The notes under the pieces: model-generated | Seen by the model: only the letters and a program-made list of their open reading frames with translations | Told to the model about the DNA's origin: nothing | The model's database searches: none | From: Nitrospirota bacterium | Lineage (GTDB): Bacteria > Nitrospirota > UBA9217 | DNA length: 64,000 nucleotides | NCBI GenBank assembly: GCA_035623825.1 | Contig: DASPSR010000021.1 | Location: 32,001 to 96,000, forward strand | Direction of reading: 5' to 3' | Part shown: one piece after another, positions 52,114 through 61,925 of the stretch | Layout: every line of letters begins with the position of its first letter | How positions within the stretch are numbered: position 1 is the first letter of the stretch | Program-made: the position numbers and the translations under genes

Positions 52114-52150
52114 AGGGCTGGCCTCCGAAATGGGCCAGCCCTATTTTTTT
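52114..52150 (+). terminator. intrinsic terminator after hppA
   Basis: AGGGCTGGCC/GGCCAGCCCT stem followed by a T-run. Confidence 0.85.
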
Positions 52151-52337
52151 CAAGAGCAGTTCAAGAGCCGTGTGAAATGGGATTAGACCGTACAAATTTC
52201 TTAATGCCGCATCGGCGCATGAGCTCCGTGGAAGGTTGTGATCAACCGCTTCTTCACAGTTTGTGGTCCCCCTGGACGCGCTTTTTTAATGCAATATGAT
52301 TGCAATTTATCAGTAAAGTGGTATTATTCATGGTCCT

Positions 52338-52832
52338 ATGCGGGAAGAGCAGGTACTGGTAAATGCCGGGTGTTCCCCGGATATTGTTGCGCACTGTATA
52401 GCAGTCTCTCAAACAGCTCTATCCATTGCGACGCGGGTAACGATCGCGGTCGATCGGGAGCTGGTACGGCAAGGCGGTTTGTTTCATGACATCGGCAGAT
52501 CAAGGACGCACGGGATAGGGCACGCCATCGCCGGAGTAGAGATCGGGAATCATCTCGGTTTTTCCAGCCAGCTTATCAACATCATAGAACGTCATATCGG
52601 TGCAGGCATAACAGCTCCTGAGGCAGAGCGCCTCGGGCTGCCGAAGAAGGATTATCTTCCCCTTACCCCGGAAGAAAAGATCGTCTCCTACGCCGACAAT
52701 CTGATCAGCGGCGTGCGGGAGCTGCCGTTCTATGAGGCACTGGAACGGTTCAAGAAAATACTCGGCCCGGACCATGAAGGTGTCGAACTGTTTGTTAAGC
52801 AGCACCGTGAGATACGGAGCTGGTTGAGATGA
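52338..52832 (+). CDS. HDIG/HD domain protein
   Basis: HC..V, FHDIGRS.THG..HA, RHIGAG, EEKIV.YAD. Confidence 0.88.
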   Translation: MREEQVLVNAGCSPDIVAHCIAVSQTALSIATRVTIAVDRELVRQGGLFHDIGRSRTHGIGHAIAGVEIGNHLGFSSQLINIIERHIGAGITAPEAERLGLPKKDYLPLTPEEKIVSYADNLISGVRELPFYEALERFKKILGPDHEGVELFVKQHREIRSWLR

Positions 52833-52942
52833 GAATCTGAAGTCGCGAGGGTTGGCGGATAAGAGCCTGCCAGGAAGAGAGACGGCAGACGAGCATACAG
52901 CGTCTGAAATCCGCCGCAACCGGCGGGCGATGAGGGGTTACC

Positions 52943-53839
52943 ATGAGCGATAAAAAAAATAAAATGGAAGCAGAAGATTTCGATATCGAGCCGTTGAAGA
53001 AGAACAAGACCGACAAGGTCGTACCGGTCAAGCTCACCGGAAAGAGCAGGTTCAAGTTCCGCTGCCACAAGGGGGTCGCATGCTTTACAGCTTGCTGCAG
53101 CAATATCAACATCGTCTTGCCGCCTTACGATCTTCTGCGGCTTCGCAAGCGGCTCGGCATGACATCCGAAGATTTCATCAACAAATACTGTGAGATTGAG
53201 ATCCTCGCCAAGACACTCCTTCCTGTGATAACGCTTAAGATGGGCAGTGATGAGAAAAAGAGCTGCCCTTTTGTGACCCCCAGCGGGTGCACGGTGTATG
53301 ACGACCGGCCGAACACGTGCCGGTATTATCCCGTTGGCATGGCGACGCTCAGAAAAAAGGACGCCGAAGGGGGTAAGGACGAATTCTACTTCATGATCAA
53401 GGAAGACCATTGCAGGGGCTTTGAAGAGGAAAGGGACTGGACCATCGACGAGTGGCGTAAGGACCAGGAGGCCGACCTTTACGACGAAATGAATCGCGGC
53501 TGGATGGAGATCCTTATCAAGAAAAAATCATTCGGCGAGAAGGAGTTCCCTGAGATCAAGAACCAGATGTTCTTCATGGTCAGCACGAACACTGACTACT
53601 TCCGTGAATTTGTGTTCGGGAGCAGCTTCCTCGAAACCTATGATATTCCCCAGGAACGGATCGAAAAGGTCCGGACCGATGACACAGAGCTCTTGAAGCT
53701 GGGGTTCGAATGGCTTCGGTCAGCAATGTTCGCCGAGGAGACTCTCAAGCTGAAGGAAGGCGTAGCCGAAGCGCGCAAAGACCGTGCTGATGCGGTGCTC
53801 AGAAAGGTCTACGGGGGCAACGATAAGAAACAGGGGTAG
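52943..53839 (+). CDS. YkgJ family cysteine cluster protein
   Basis: C.....CF..CC, CPF....C.VY..RP..CR.YP, HC.G. Confidence 0.88.
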   Translation: MSDKKNKMEAEDFDIEPLKKNKTDKVVPVKLTGKSRFKFRCHKGVACFTACCSNINIVLPPYDLLRLRKRLGMTSEDFINKYCEIEILAKTLLPVITLKMGSDEKKSCPFVTPSGCTVYDDRPNTCRYYPVGMATLRKKDAEGGKDEFYFMIKEDHCRGFEEERDWTIDEWRKDQEADLYDEMNRGWMEILIKKKSFGEKEFPEIKNQMFFMVSTNTDYFREFVFGSSFLETYDIPQERIEKVRTDDTELLKLGFEWLRSAMFAEETLKLKEGVAEARKDRADAVLRKVYGGNDKKQG

Positions 53840-53854
53840 ATGCACAGCGCGGCC

Positions 53855-54613
53855 CTATTCATGCCGCTGTAAAATCGCGCTCATCTCTTTATAGATTACG
53901 TTCCCGATGGCAATCCCCTGATCGATGAACTCGGGGCCGTATCGCTTGCCGGTTTCAGTCCGGAACGTTTCCTTGATTCTCTCAATACCCCTCATCTTTT
54001 CGCGGAAGGTCTGGTGCAGATCTTCGATCGGCGTGTTATGCGCCGATACCATGAGCCAGAGCGTCGTGCTGAAGTTCTCGGGCCCCCACCGGAATTTGTC
54101 GGCATCGTAGAGAGCGTCGCTCACCATGCAACCTGCCTCATCATCCAGATCGCATGTCGCCTTGAACGCTTCATGGTTCCTGATCGCATAGGTTATATTG
54201 AATCGGCTGCGGTCATCCACACCCAGCGCTGCAAGGATTTTTTCCGCCTCGATGCTTCCTCGAACCGCATGGTCCTGCTCCCGGCGCTTGATGTCATGGA
54301 GGAGGCCCGCTATCATGGCAGCGGTAAAGAGCGGTTCGATCAGGGGCATGCTGAAGCCTCGCCTGAGACCTTCCGCGAGGACAATGGTCCCGGCATCCCG
54401 TGCAACGGCTTCGCAGTGACAGAGCCCGTGTGCGCACTCCAACTGTGACTCGTCTAGATAAGCACGGCATTTCCGGATAAGCCAATGGGTCTTGAGCGTT
54501 TCTTCGGCAAAACTGATGAGCGTGGTATGATCACCATAAAACGCGGGGCGGGGAAGGGTGCTGGCTATCCTGAGAGCTAAGTCCTGGAGCTTTTGGTATT
54601 CTGCCCGAACCAT
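53855..54613 (-). CDS. HD domain protein
   Basis: HG..H, LLHDI, NHEAF, LYDADKFRWGP. Confidence 0.82.
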   Translation of the reverse strand: MVRAEYQKLQDLALRIASTLPRPAFYGDHTTLISFAEETLKTHWLIRKCRAYLDESQLECAHGLCHCEAVARDAGTIVLAEGLRRGFSMPLIEPLFTAAMIAGLLHDIKRREQDHAVRGSIEAEKILAALGVDDRSRFNITYAIRNHEAFKATCDLDDEAGCMVSDALYDADKFRWGPENFSTTLWLMVSAHNTPIEDLHQTFREKMRGIERIKETFRTETGKRYGPEFIDQGIAIGNVIYKEMSAILQRHE

Positions 54614-54739
54614 AATCCCATCATAAACGCTGAACAAGACGATTGTCAAGCGAGTTTTCGGGCGCGTTATCTTCGGATTGACACACCTTTGCCGCATAGG
54701 GTAATATGCAACATCATTGCACACTGAAAGGAGTTCCCT

Positions 54740-56290
54740 TTGTCCGACATCCATAGCGAACGAATACTGATCCTTGACTTCGGTTCCCAATACACCCAGC
54801 TCATTGCCCGAAGGGTGCGAGAGGCAAAGGTCTACTGCGAGATCTATCCGTTCAATGCGGGCCTCGAAAAGGTCAAGACCTTCAGACCAAAGGGACTGAT
54901 CCTGTCAGGCGGGCCGTCGAGCGTATACGATCCGGGCTCTCCCCTGATCGAGAAGGCCGTGATCGATATCGGTGTCCCGGTGCTCGGCATCTGCTACGGC
55001 ATGCAGCTTTTGACACACCTCCTCGGCGGCGTTGTGGCGAAATCACAAAAGCGCGAATACGGCAGAGCGGAACTCAACATCCACAAAGGCAAGGGGCTCT
55101 TTACCGGGGTCGGCGAAGCCGGCAGGGCGACCGTGTGGATGAGCCATGGCGACCGGATTGAGAAAATGCCTGACGGCTTTACCGCTATCGCCCATACCGG
55201 CAATTCACCGACCGCCGCCATGGCAGACGATGATAAAAAATTCTACGGCGTCCAGTTCCATCCAGAGGTGGTACACACACCTCAGGGCGCCCAGATACTC
55301 AGAAATTTCGTGTACGGCATTTGCAAATGCGAGCCGTCATGGACCATGGCGTCCTTCGTCGATTATTCCGTGGGAGAGATACGGAAAGCAGTAGGGAATA
55401 AACAGGCCGTCTGCGGCCTCTCCGGAGGGGTGGATTCGTCTGTGGCCGCGGTACTCGTGCATAAGGCCATAGGCAAACAGCTTACATGCATCTTTGTGAA
55501 CAACGGGGTGCTGAGAAAGGACGAGGCGGAAAAAGTTCAGCATACCTTCAAAGATATGGGGCTGAACCTCAAGTACGTGAATGCCTCGTCTCAGTTCCTG
55601 GATAAGCTCGATGGTGTTGAAGATCCGGAGATGAAGCGGAAGATCATCGGAAAAACCTTCATTGAGGTCTTCGAGAAAGAGGCGCATGAGGTGGGGGGAG
55701 CTGAATTTCTGGTTCAAGGAACGCTCTATCCGGACGTCATAGAGAGTGTTTCCTTCAAAGGACCTTCAGCGGTTATCAAATCCCATCACAATGTGGGCGG
55801 CTTGCCGGAGCAGATGAAGCTTAAGCTCGTAGAACCGCTCCGGGAACTCTTCAAGGACGAGGTTCGGGCCATAGGAAGGGAGTTGAAGATGCCCGGCGAG
55901 ATCATCGACCGCCAGCCTTTTCCGGGACCGGGGCTTGCGATCCGTATCCTCGGTGCAGTGACCGGACCGCGGCTCAAGATACTGCGTGAGGCTGATTCCA
56001 TCGTGATCGAAGAGATCAAGAAGGCTGGATTGTACAAGGACATCTGGCAGTCTTTTGCCGTGCTGCTCCCGATCAAGACCGTGGGTGTGATGGGCGATGA
56101 GCGCACCTATGAGAATGTGGTTGCCATCCGTGCGGTCACGAGCCAGGACGGCATGACCGCTGATTGGGCGAGGCTCTCCTACGATTTGATGGGGACCATG
56201 TCCAACCGGATCATCAACGAGGTGAAAGGCGTAAACCGCGTGGTGTTTGACATCTCGTCAAAGCCGCCGAGCACGATTGAGTGGGAATGA
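54740..56290 (+). CDS. guaA: GMP synthase (glutamine-hydrolysing)
   Basis: [43 protein letters not shown]. Confidence 0.98.
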   Translation: MSDIHSERILILDFGSQYTQLIARRVREAKVYCEIYPFNAGLEKVKTFRPKGLILSGGPSSVYDPGSPLIEKAVIDIGVPVLGICYGMQLLTHLLGGVVAKSQKREYGRAELNIHKGKGLFTGVGEAGRATVWMSHGDRIEKMPDGFTAIAHTGNSPTAAMADDDKKFYGVQFHPEVVHTPQGAQILRNFVYGICKCEPSWTMASFVDYSVGEIRKAVGNKQAVCGLSGGVDSSVAAVLVHKAIGKQLTCIFVNNGVLRKDEAEKVQHTFKDMGLNLKYVNASSQFLDKLDGVEDPEMKRKIIGKTFIEVFEKEAHEVGGAEFLVQGTLYPDVIESVSFKGPSAVIKSHHNVGGLPEQMKLKLVEPLRELFKDEVRAIGRELKMPGEIIDRQPFPGPGLAIRILGAVTGPRLKILREADSIVIEEIKKAGLYKDIWQSFAVLLPIKTVGVMGDERTYENVVAIRAVTSQDGMTADWARLSYDLMGTMSNRIINEVKGVNRVVFDISSKPPSTIEWE

Positions 56291-56370
56291 TTGAGGTGGA
56301 GAAAGAGGTGTGGATTTCGAAGTGAGCGACGTATCAGCCCATTACCCGATTGTGGCCAATAGCATCTTCG

Positions 56371-56763
56371 CTAATCGGACGTCTTCGGTGGTATGCTGCC
56401 GAACTCCTTGCCAAACTGTTTGGTAGCCGTAACGCCTACTTCCTGGAGCATTCGCGCATGGGTCTCCTTAATGACATCGAGAGGAACATCAAGAGCCTTG
56501 GCAATCTCTTCCAGGCCCTGGCGCTGCGCGAAGTGACGCTCGGCGATCATGATCTTCAGGAAATCGGCCTGGATGATGGTCATCAGCGTTCTGTCAGCTA
56601 TTGAATAGCTTCCATAAGCCTGACGCAGCGTCTGTCCAGCGGCAATGGCTTCGCGGAACTTGTTCACCGCCTCTTCATAAATCTTGTCCTCCTCGGGCGT
56701 GAACTCCTTGAAGCTGAATTCTGGCATTTGGTGTTTTTCCTTGGACTTACCCTTCCTTCTCAT
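56371..56763 (-). CDS. hypothetical protein
   Basis: Helical ORF with a possible C-terminal HTH (LEEIAKALDVP). Confidence 0.65.
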   Translation of the reverse strand: MRRKGKSKEKHQMPEFSFKEFTPEEDKIYEEAVNKFREAIAAGQTLRQAYGSYSIADRTLMTIIQADFLKIMIAERHFAQRQGLEEIAKALDVPLDVIKETHARMLQEVGVTATKQFGKEFGSIPPKTSD

Positions 56764-56870
56764 GAGTCATCCTTAAGCTCCGCAAGGGAACGCTACCTGG
56801 TTCGCACGAGGCAGAACGCACGGCGTAAAGCGTGTATAGCCAGTGCTCTTTGATCTCCCGTGGTGATTTT

Positions 56871-57209
56871 CTACATCATCCGCTTTTCCTTAGGCCTCCG
56901 CTCCGGCACTTGCCGGTGCTCAATACCATCGTCATTCCATGCCACCGACACGTACAGCCCGCAAAAGCAGCTTCCATATTCCTTGATATCCGGGTCCCGA
57001 TACACGCAGGGACAGACGATGTCCGCGTCCTTATCCTTTACTTCCCATGCTAGGCGGCAGGGGCAGGAGCGGTAGCCATACCGGGACTCGTTCGTGAGAA
57101 GTCCCCGCAGAATGTCCAACACGAAAGGTTTGTCCCTATTCAAACGGATGCCCTGCGACTCGGCATATTTGGACAGTATATCGTAAAGCTTCTCCGGTGT
57201 CATGGGCAA
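56871..57209 (-). CDS. ferredoxin-thioredoxin reductase catalytic subunit-like protein
   Basis: YG..SCPCR...DIVCPC.Y.......G.CFC.LY. Confidence 0.92.
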   Translation of the reverse strand: MPMTPEKLYDILSKYAESQGIRLNRDKPFVLDILRGLLTNESRYGYRSCPCRLAWEVKDKDADIVCPCVYRDPDIKEYGSCFCGLYVSVAWNDDGIEHRQVPERRPKEKRMM

Positions 57210-57463
57210 TTTAATGCTTTCCGAAGCCGTTCCTCATTAAAGCCGACGATGATGGTATCACCAATGCAAATGGTTGGAAAGCTACAGTCGGGGTTGAGTT
57301 TCCTCACCTCATCCAAGATGCGCTCGCGTTCCGCGCCGGTTAGGAGATCAACATCGATGAACTCCATGTCGATCCCGTTGTCCTTGAAGAATCGTTTAGT
57401 GCGCATGCAGTGGGAGCAGGTGCTGAGCGTGTACAGCTTGATTTTTAATTTCGACGGTCCCAT
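57200..57463 (-). CDS. glutaredoxin (NrdH-like)
   Basis: CSHC, SFPT, IVGF; overlaps the FTR start. Confidence 0.9.
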   Translation of the reverse strand: MGPSKLKIKLYTLSTCSHCMRTKRFFKDNGIDMEFIDVDLLTGAERERILDEVRKLNPDCSFPTICIGDTIIVGFNEERLRKALNCP

Positions 57464-57585
57464 CCAGCCTCCCGATTTTAGAAGTTTTGCAGTATAACAT
57501 AGAGCCTGGAGATATGCAAATAAATTAGCATGAGCACCATTGCGCCTTTCTTGACAATGAAGATCGCCGGTGCAACAATATTAAC

Positions 57586-58242
57586 ATGAAAAAAATATTT
57601 CTTAAAGCCGCGGTATTATTGGCGCTTTTCTCCTGCGCTCCGGTACTCGACCGAAAGCTCATGGGTGAGGGTGTGCGCAATGTCCCGCTCTCCCAGCTCA
57701 GGGAGACACCTGATGCATACAAGGGGAAGCTCTTCATCCTCGGCGGGCTTATCGTGGGGACCCGTTTCACCGAAAAAGGGTCTGAGATCGAGGCAGTGAA
57801 TGTGCCCGTTGATTCCCGCGGGTATCTCGAAGAAACCGAGCATCCCATGGGGAGATTCATAGCGATATTCCCGAAGGAAAGGGGGTTCCTCGATCCGTTG
57901 GTTTACGAAAAGGGGAGGAAGATAACATTCGCCGGGGAGTTTCTGGAGATCCGGAAGGGCAAGATAGATGAAATGGATTATGCCTATCCCGTTTTCAAGA
58001 TTGAGCAGATCCACCTGTGGGAGAGGGAGGAATATTATTCCCCAGGTTATCCGTACTATTATCCTTATCCGTACTGGTGGTATGACCCGTGGTTAAGAAC
58101 GCATCCCTACCTGTACTGGCCACCTCCGCCGGAGCGGCATGAAGCGTTTACAGCCTTAAGAAGCGCTTCTTGTGATTCGGGAATCTCTGGCCTTCAGGCT
58201 GGAGAGATATTGGTCTCTCCGAAAATGATCTTGTTGCATTAG
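57586..58242 (+). CDS. Slp family outer-membrane lipoprotein
   Basis: Lipobox LFSC, GG.I, GRFIA....FLDP.VY..GR.IT..G, Tyr/Pro/Trp-rich tail. Confidence 0.85.
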   Translation: MKKIFLKAAVLLALFSCAPVLDRKLMGEGVRNVPLSQLRETPDAYKGKLFILGGLIVGTRFTEKGSEIEAVNVPVDSRGYLEETEHPMGRFIAIFPKERGFLDPLVYEKGRKITFAGEFLEIRKGKIDEMDYAYPVFKIEQIHLWEREEYYSPGYPYYYPYPYWWYDPWLRTHPYLYWPPPPERHEAFTALRSASCDSGISGLQAGEILVSPKMILLH

Positions 58243-58424
58243 CTTTTCTATTGAAAATTCCAAAAAAGCCTTTCTGTGTTTTTTCGTCTCTGTTGCTTTT
58301 TCCAGCGCAGTATCAATGGTTTTTGGGTCCCGGATCATGTATTGTATAATATAGGTATATGAACGGGTGAAAAGCCTGCCGGGACAAGGAAAAGTGAACG
58401 ATTGACCCTACAGCACAGGTTCCT

Positions 58425-59588
58425 ATGAAAATCGCCGCACGGACCCAAAAACTGACCCCCTTTTACGTTATGGAACTTCTGGAGAAGGCCCGGCAGATGG
58501 AGACCCGGGGCGAGCACGTCGTGCATATGGAAATCGGCGAGCCCGACTTCCCCACCCCTGCCATGGTCAAGGATGCCGCCATCGAAGCGCTCCGGACCAA
58601 CCATACATTCTATACTCACAGTTTGGGGCTCCCTGAGCTGAGACAGCTCATAGCGGATCACTACCATCGGAAGGACTGCATTACGGTCTCTCCCGAGCGA
58701 GTGGTCATCACCAGCGGTACATCGGGCGCCTTTCTCCTCCTTTGTGCAGTCCTGCTTGAGAAGGGAAGAACTCTTGCCCTCTCCGATCCCGGCTATCCAT
58801 GCTACAAAAACTTCGCCACTCTCTTCGATGCGGATGTGCTTCCCATTCACGTGTCCGGAGAAACACGCTTCGAGGTAAGGCCGCGGGACCTTCTGGCAGG
58901 AGGAAAAGGAAAAGCGCCGGATCTCTTGATTATCTCCAATCCCGCTAACCCCACGGGCACTGTCTATCGTGAAGAAACCGTCGTTGATCTGATGAGGGCG
59001 CTCGCGGAGGGCAACGGTACTCTCGTCGTCGATGAGATCTACCAAGGGCTTATCTACGGACGGACGGTGCGATCATCCCTTAGCCTTTCCGACCGGATAA
59101 TCGTCGTGGACGGTTTTTCGAAGGCCTTTGCCATGACGGGCTGGAGACTTGGGTGGATGGTGGTGCCCGATGAACTGGTCCGGCCCGTGCAGATCGTGGC
59201 GCAGAACGTCTTCATCGCTCCACCCACGCTGTCCCAATATGCGGCCTTAAAGGCCTTTGATGCCGTGCGTGATGCGTCGCACATGCGGAAGACCTACGAG
59301 GAGCGGAGAGACTTCCTCCTACCGGCACTTGCAATGCTTGGGTTTAGCATTCCCGTGAAACCCGAAGGAGCCTTCTATATCTATGCAGGCATTGGAAAGT
59401 GGGGGATTGACAGTCGAACATTCGCGGAGCAGGCGCTCCAGGATGCAAAGGTAGCTATCACGCCAGGATACGACTTCGGTTCCTTCCGTGCGGGGTCCCA
59501 TGTCCGATTCTCCTATGCAACGAGCATCGAGAACCTCAAGCTGGGCTGTGAACGCCTCGCCGCATGGCTTAAGACCCTTGAGGCGTAA
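58425..59588 (+). CDS. class I/II PLP aminotransferase
   Basis: IGEPDF, NPANPTG, DEIY, FSKAFAMTGWRLG. Confidence 0.93.
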   Translation: MKIAARTQKLTPFYVMELLEKARQMETRGEHVVHMEIGEPDFPTPAMVKDAAIEALRTNHTFYTHSLGLPELRQLIADHYHRKDCITVSPERVVITSGTSGAFLLLCAVLLEKGRTLALSDPGYPCYKNFATLFDADVLPIHVSGETRFEVRPRDLLAGGKGKAPDLLIISNPANPTGTVYREETVVDLMRALAEGNGTLVVDEIYQGLIYGRTVRSSLSLSDRIIVVDGFSKAFAMTGWRLGWMVVPDELVRPVQIVAQNVFIAPPTLSQYAALKAFDAVRDASHMRKTYEERRDFLLPALAMLGFSIPVKPEGAFYIYAGIGKWGIDSRTFAEQALQDAKVAITPGYDFGSFRAGSHVRFSYATSIENLKLGCERLAAWLKTLEA

Positions 59589-59696
59589 GAACGTGCATTG
59601 TGCCGCAAAAATGCCTGCCGAGTCCATGGAGTGCGTCTGATCTATGCGGCAGTCACAACATATTTACTTTCTGCAAATCAAGTCAGATCGGTTCTC

Positions 59697-61274
59697 TTAT
59701 CTGGTTAACACCGTCCGCTTCCTCCAGTTCCTCCCCTTGGTCGGGAAATCACTCCTGAAGTGTGCGCCCACACTGCCTTCGCGGATGAGCGCCGAGCGGG
59801 TGATGAGGGAAGCGGTGGTGACCATGTTCTTGAGCTCGAAGATATTGCGATCAGGTGCGTGATTCTTCATCATCCGATCCCATTCACTGAGCTGCCTGGC
59901 CGCCGCGGTCAGATCTTTTTTGTTCCGAACAATCCCTACCTTTTCCCACATGAGCTTTTTCAATAAAGTGCGAATCGCGGTGATGTTCCGTGATGAACCC
60001 GAGGGAGAACCGTCCGTGTGCCCGTAGTTCATGGCATGGCGGGGAAGGGAACGGCTGCCGTCATTCTGCTTGCGCGCATACCGGGCTGCGGCGATTCCGG
60101 CACGTTCTCCGAAGACCAGTCCTTCCAACAGGGAGTTGCTCGCCAAACGGTTCGCGCCGTGCACGCCGGTGCAGGCCGTTTCTCCTGCCGCGAACAGTCC
60201 CGGAAGCGTCGTGGCTCCCCAGATGTCGGTTTTTACGCCTCCCATGATGTAGTGGGCAGCGGGCGAGACCGGGACCGGCTCTTTCGTGATGTCGATGCCG
60301 AGTTTAAGGCAGGTGGCATAGATGCGGGGGAATCGCCTGATCACGTAATCACCGTTCAGATGAGTCATGTCAAGATATACATGATTGGCGCCGGTTGCGG
60401 TCATTTCTGCGTGAATGGCTCGCGTGACCACATCGCGGGGAGCGAGTTCTCGCGCCGGATGATAACCATCCATGAAACGCAGGCCATGGATGTTCCTGAG
60501 CATACCCCCTTCGCCTCGCATCGCCTCAGAGAGCAGGAACTGCGGCGCGCCCTCGCGGAGGAGCGCTGTGGGATGGAACTGGACGAACTCCATGTCCACG
60601 AGCATAGCGCCCGCACGATAGGCCATGGCCATGCCATCACCCGTCGCGACCGGCGGGTTCGTGGTGCGTGCATACAGCTGGCCCGCGCCGCCAGTTGCAA
60701 GGACCACTGCGCGTGCAGAGATCATGAGGACCTTCCGAAGCGCCTGCTGACATACGACCGCGCCCGTGATCCTCCCGTTCCTGACGATAAAATCCCTGGT
60801 GAATGCAAAGTCGATTTTTGACACGTTGCCTGCTGAGCGGACTTTGTCCGTCAGGACACGCATGATCTCCCGCCCCGTGGAGTCGCCCTGCGCGTGGAGA
60901 ATCCTCCGCTTGGAGTGGGCCGCTTCCTGCGTGAAGGCCAGCTTCGTGCCTTCCTTGTCGAATTCGGCACCCCAGAGTATGAGTTCTCTGATCCTCGTAG
61001 TGCCTTCCTCAACGAGCGTGCCCACAGCTTTGCGCAGACAGAGCCCGTCACCTGCCTTGATGGTGTCCTCGAAATGGATCGATATTTCATCTTCGTCGGA
61101 CAGCGCCACGGCGACGCCGCCCTGCGCGTATTCGCTGCTGCTCTCGGAAGGCGCGTCCTTGGTCACAACAAGGACTTCTCCGTTCCGAGCAAGCTCGATT
61201 GCCGCGCGGAGCCCGGCAACACCACCGCCGATGATGAGGAAGTCCGTCTGTATGTGTTCGGTAGCGTACGACAT
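59697..61274 (-). CDS. nadB: L-aspartate oxidase
   Basis: SS.YAQGG.A, EAAHS.RRILHA.GD.TG, QFHPT, GVHGANRLASNSLLE. Confidence 0.96.
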   Translation of the reverse strand: MSYATEHIQTDFLIIGGGVAGLRAAIELARNGEVLVVTKDAPSESSSEYAQGGVAVALSDEDEISIHFEDTIKAGDGLCLRKAVGTLVEEGTTRIRELILWGAEFDKEGTKLAFTQEAAHSKRRILHAQGDSTGREIMRVLTDKVRSAGNVSKIDFAFTRDFIVRNGRITGAVVCQQALRKVLMISARAVVLATGGAGQLYARTTNPPVATGDGMAMAYRAGAMLVDMEFVQFHPTALLREGAPQFLLSEAMRGEGGMLRNIHGLRFMDGYHPARELAPRDVVTRAIHAEMTATGANHVYLDMTHLNGDYVIRRFPRIYATCLKLGIDITKEPVPVSPAAHYIMGGVKTDIWGATTLPGLFAAGETACTGVHGANRLASNSLLEGLVFGERAGIAAARYARKQNDGSRSLPRHAMNYGHTDGSPSGSSRNITAIRTLLKKLMWEKVGIVRNKKDLTAAARQLSEWDRMMKNHAPDRNIFELKNMVTTASLITRSALIREGSVGAHFRSDFPTKGRNWRKRTVLTR

Positions 61275-61339
61275 TGTCAGTGTTTTTTTATCGCAGAGGG
61301 CAAGGAGTCATGCTCTGTGCTTGGCTCAATGGGTTACGC

Positions 61340-61822
61340 TCATTTTGCTACTTCCCCGTGCTCTCCAACCGGCTGGGGGATGAAGGGGTTCTTGCCATCG
61401 ATGGAGACGAGCGTCGCTTCCCGCGGGTCGAAGACAAAAGTGGATCTGCCGCTGTTCTTCTGAACGCTCCCGCCGGCGGTCCGCCACTCACTGTCCCAGT
61501 TGAACGCCACCTTTGTCATGCCGTGCTCTTCCACGGTGATAAGCATCTTCGTGTACTGGATCGTGAAGCGGACCGTATCGTATTTCGCTAATACCGATTC
61601 GATAGATGCAGCAAAGGCCTGTCTGTCCTTGTAGGCGTTTGCGATCTTGCCCATGAAGGCCGAAGGCTCCTTCTTTTCGAAGGCACGGCTCATGTCCTGC
61701 AAGGAGGCGAGGACCTTGTTACTCTGGATTGCGGATTGCCCCAACGGCTTTTTTGCGCCACTGCATGCGGCTCCGGTAAGAATGAGCAACGATATGAAGA
61801 GACAAGACAGTGTGCGGTCCAT
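61340..61822 (-). CDS. hypothetical lipoprotein (possibly NTF2-like)
   Basis: Lipobox GAAC; alpha/beta mature domain. Confidence 0.7.
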   Translation of the reverse strand: MDRTLSCLFISLLILTGAACSGAKKPLGQSAIQSNKVLASLQDMSRAFEKKEPSAFMGKIANAYKDRQAFAASIESVLAKYDTVRFTIQYTKMLITVEEHGMTKVAFNWDSEWRTAGGSVQKNSGRSTFVFDPREATLVSIDGKNPFIPQPVGEHGEVAK

Positions 61823-61836
61823 AATGCCTCCGACAG

Positions 61837-61925
61837 TAAATTTAAGATAAAATGCAAAATCGTGGAACGGCTTTCGGCCGCATCTCGTTCATTTTACAAT
61901 TTCAAAGCATCAATTTACAATTTAC
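61837..61925. repeat. heptad-periodic inverted-repeat element
   Basis: TAAAATG-CAAAATC left arm; CATTTTA-CAATTTC...CAATTTA-CAATTTA right arm. Confidence 0.5.
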
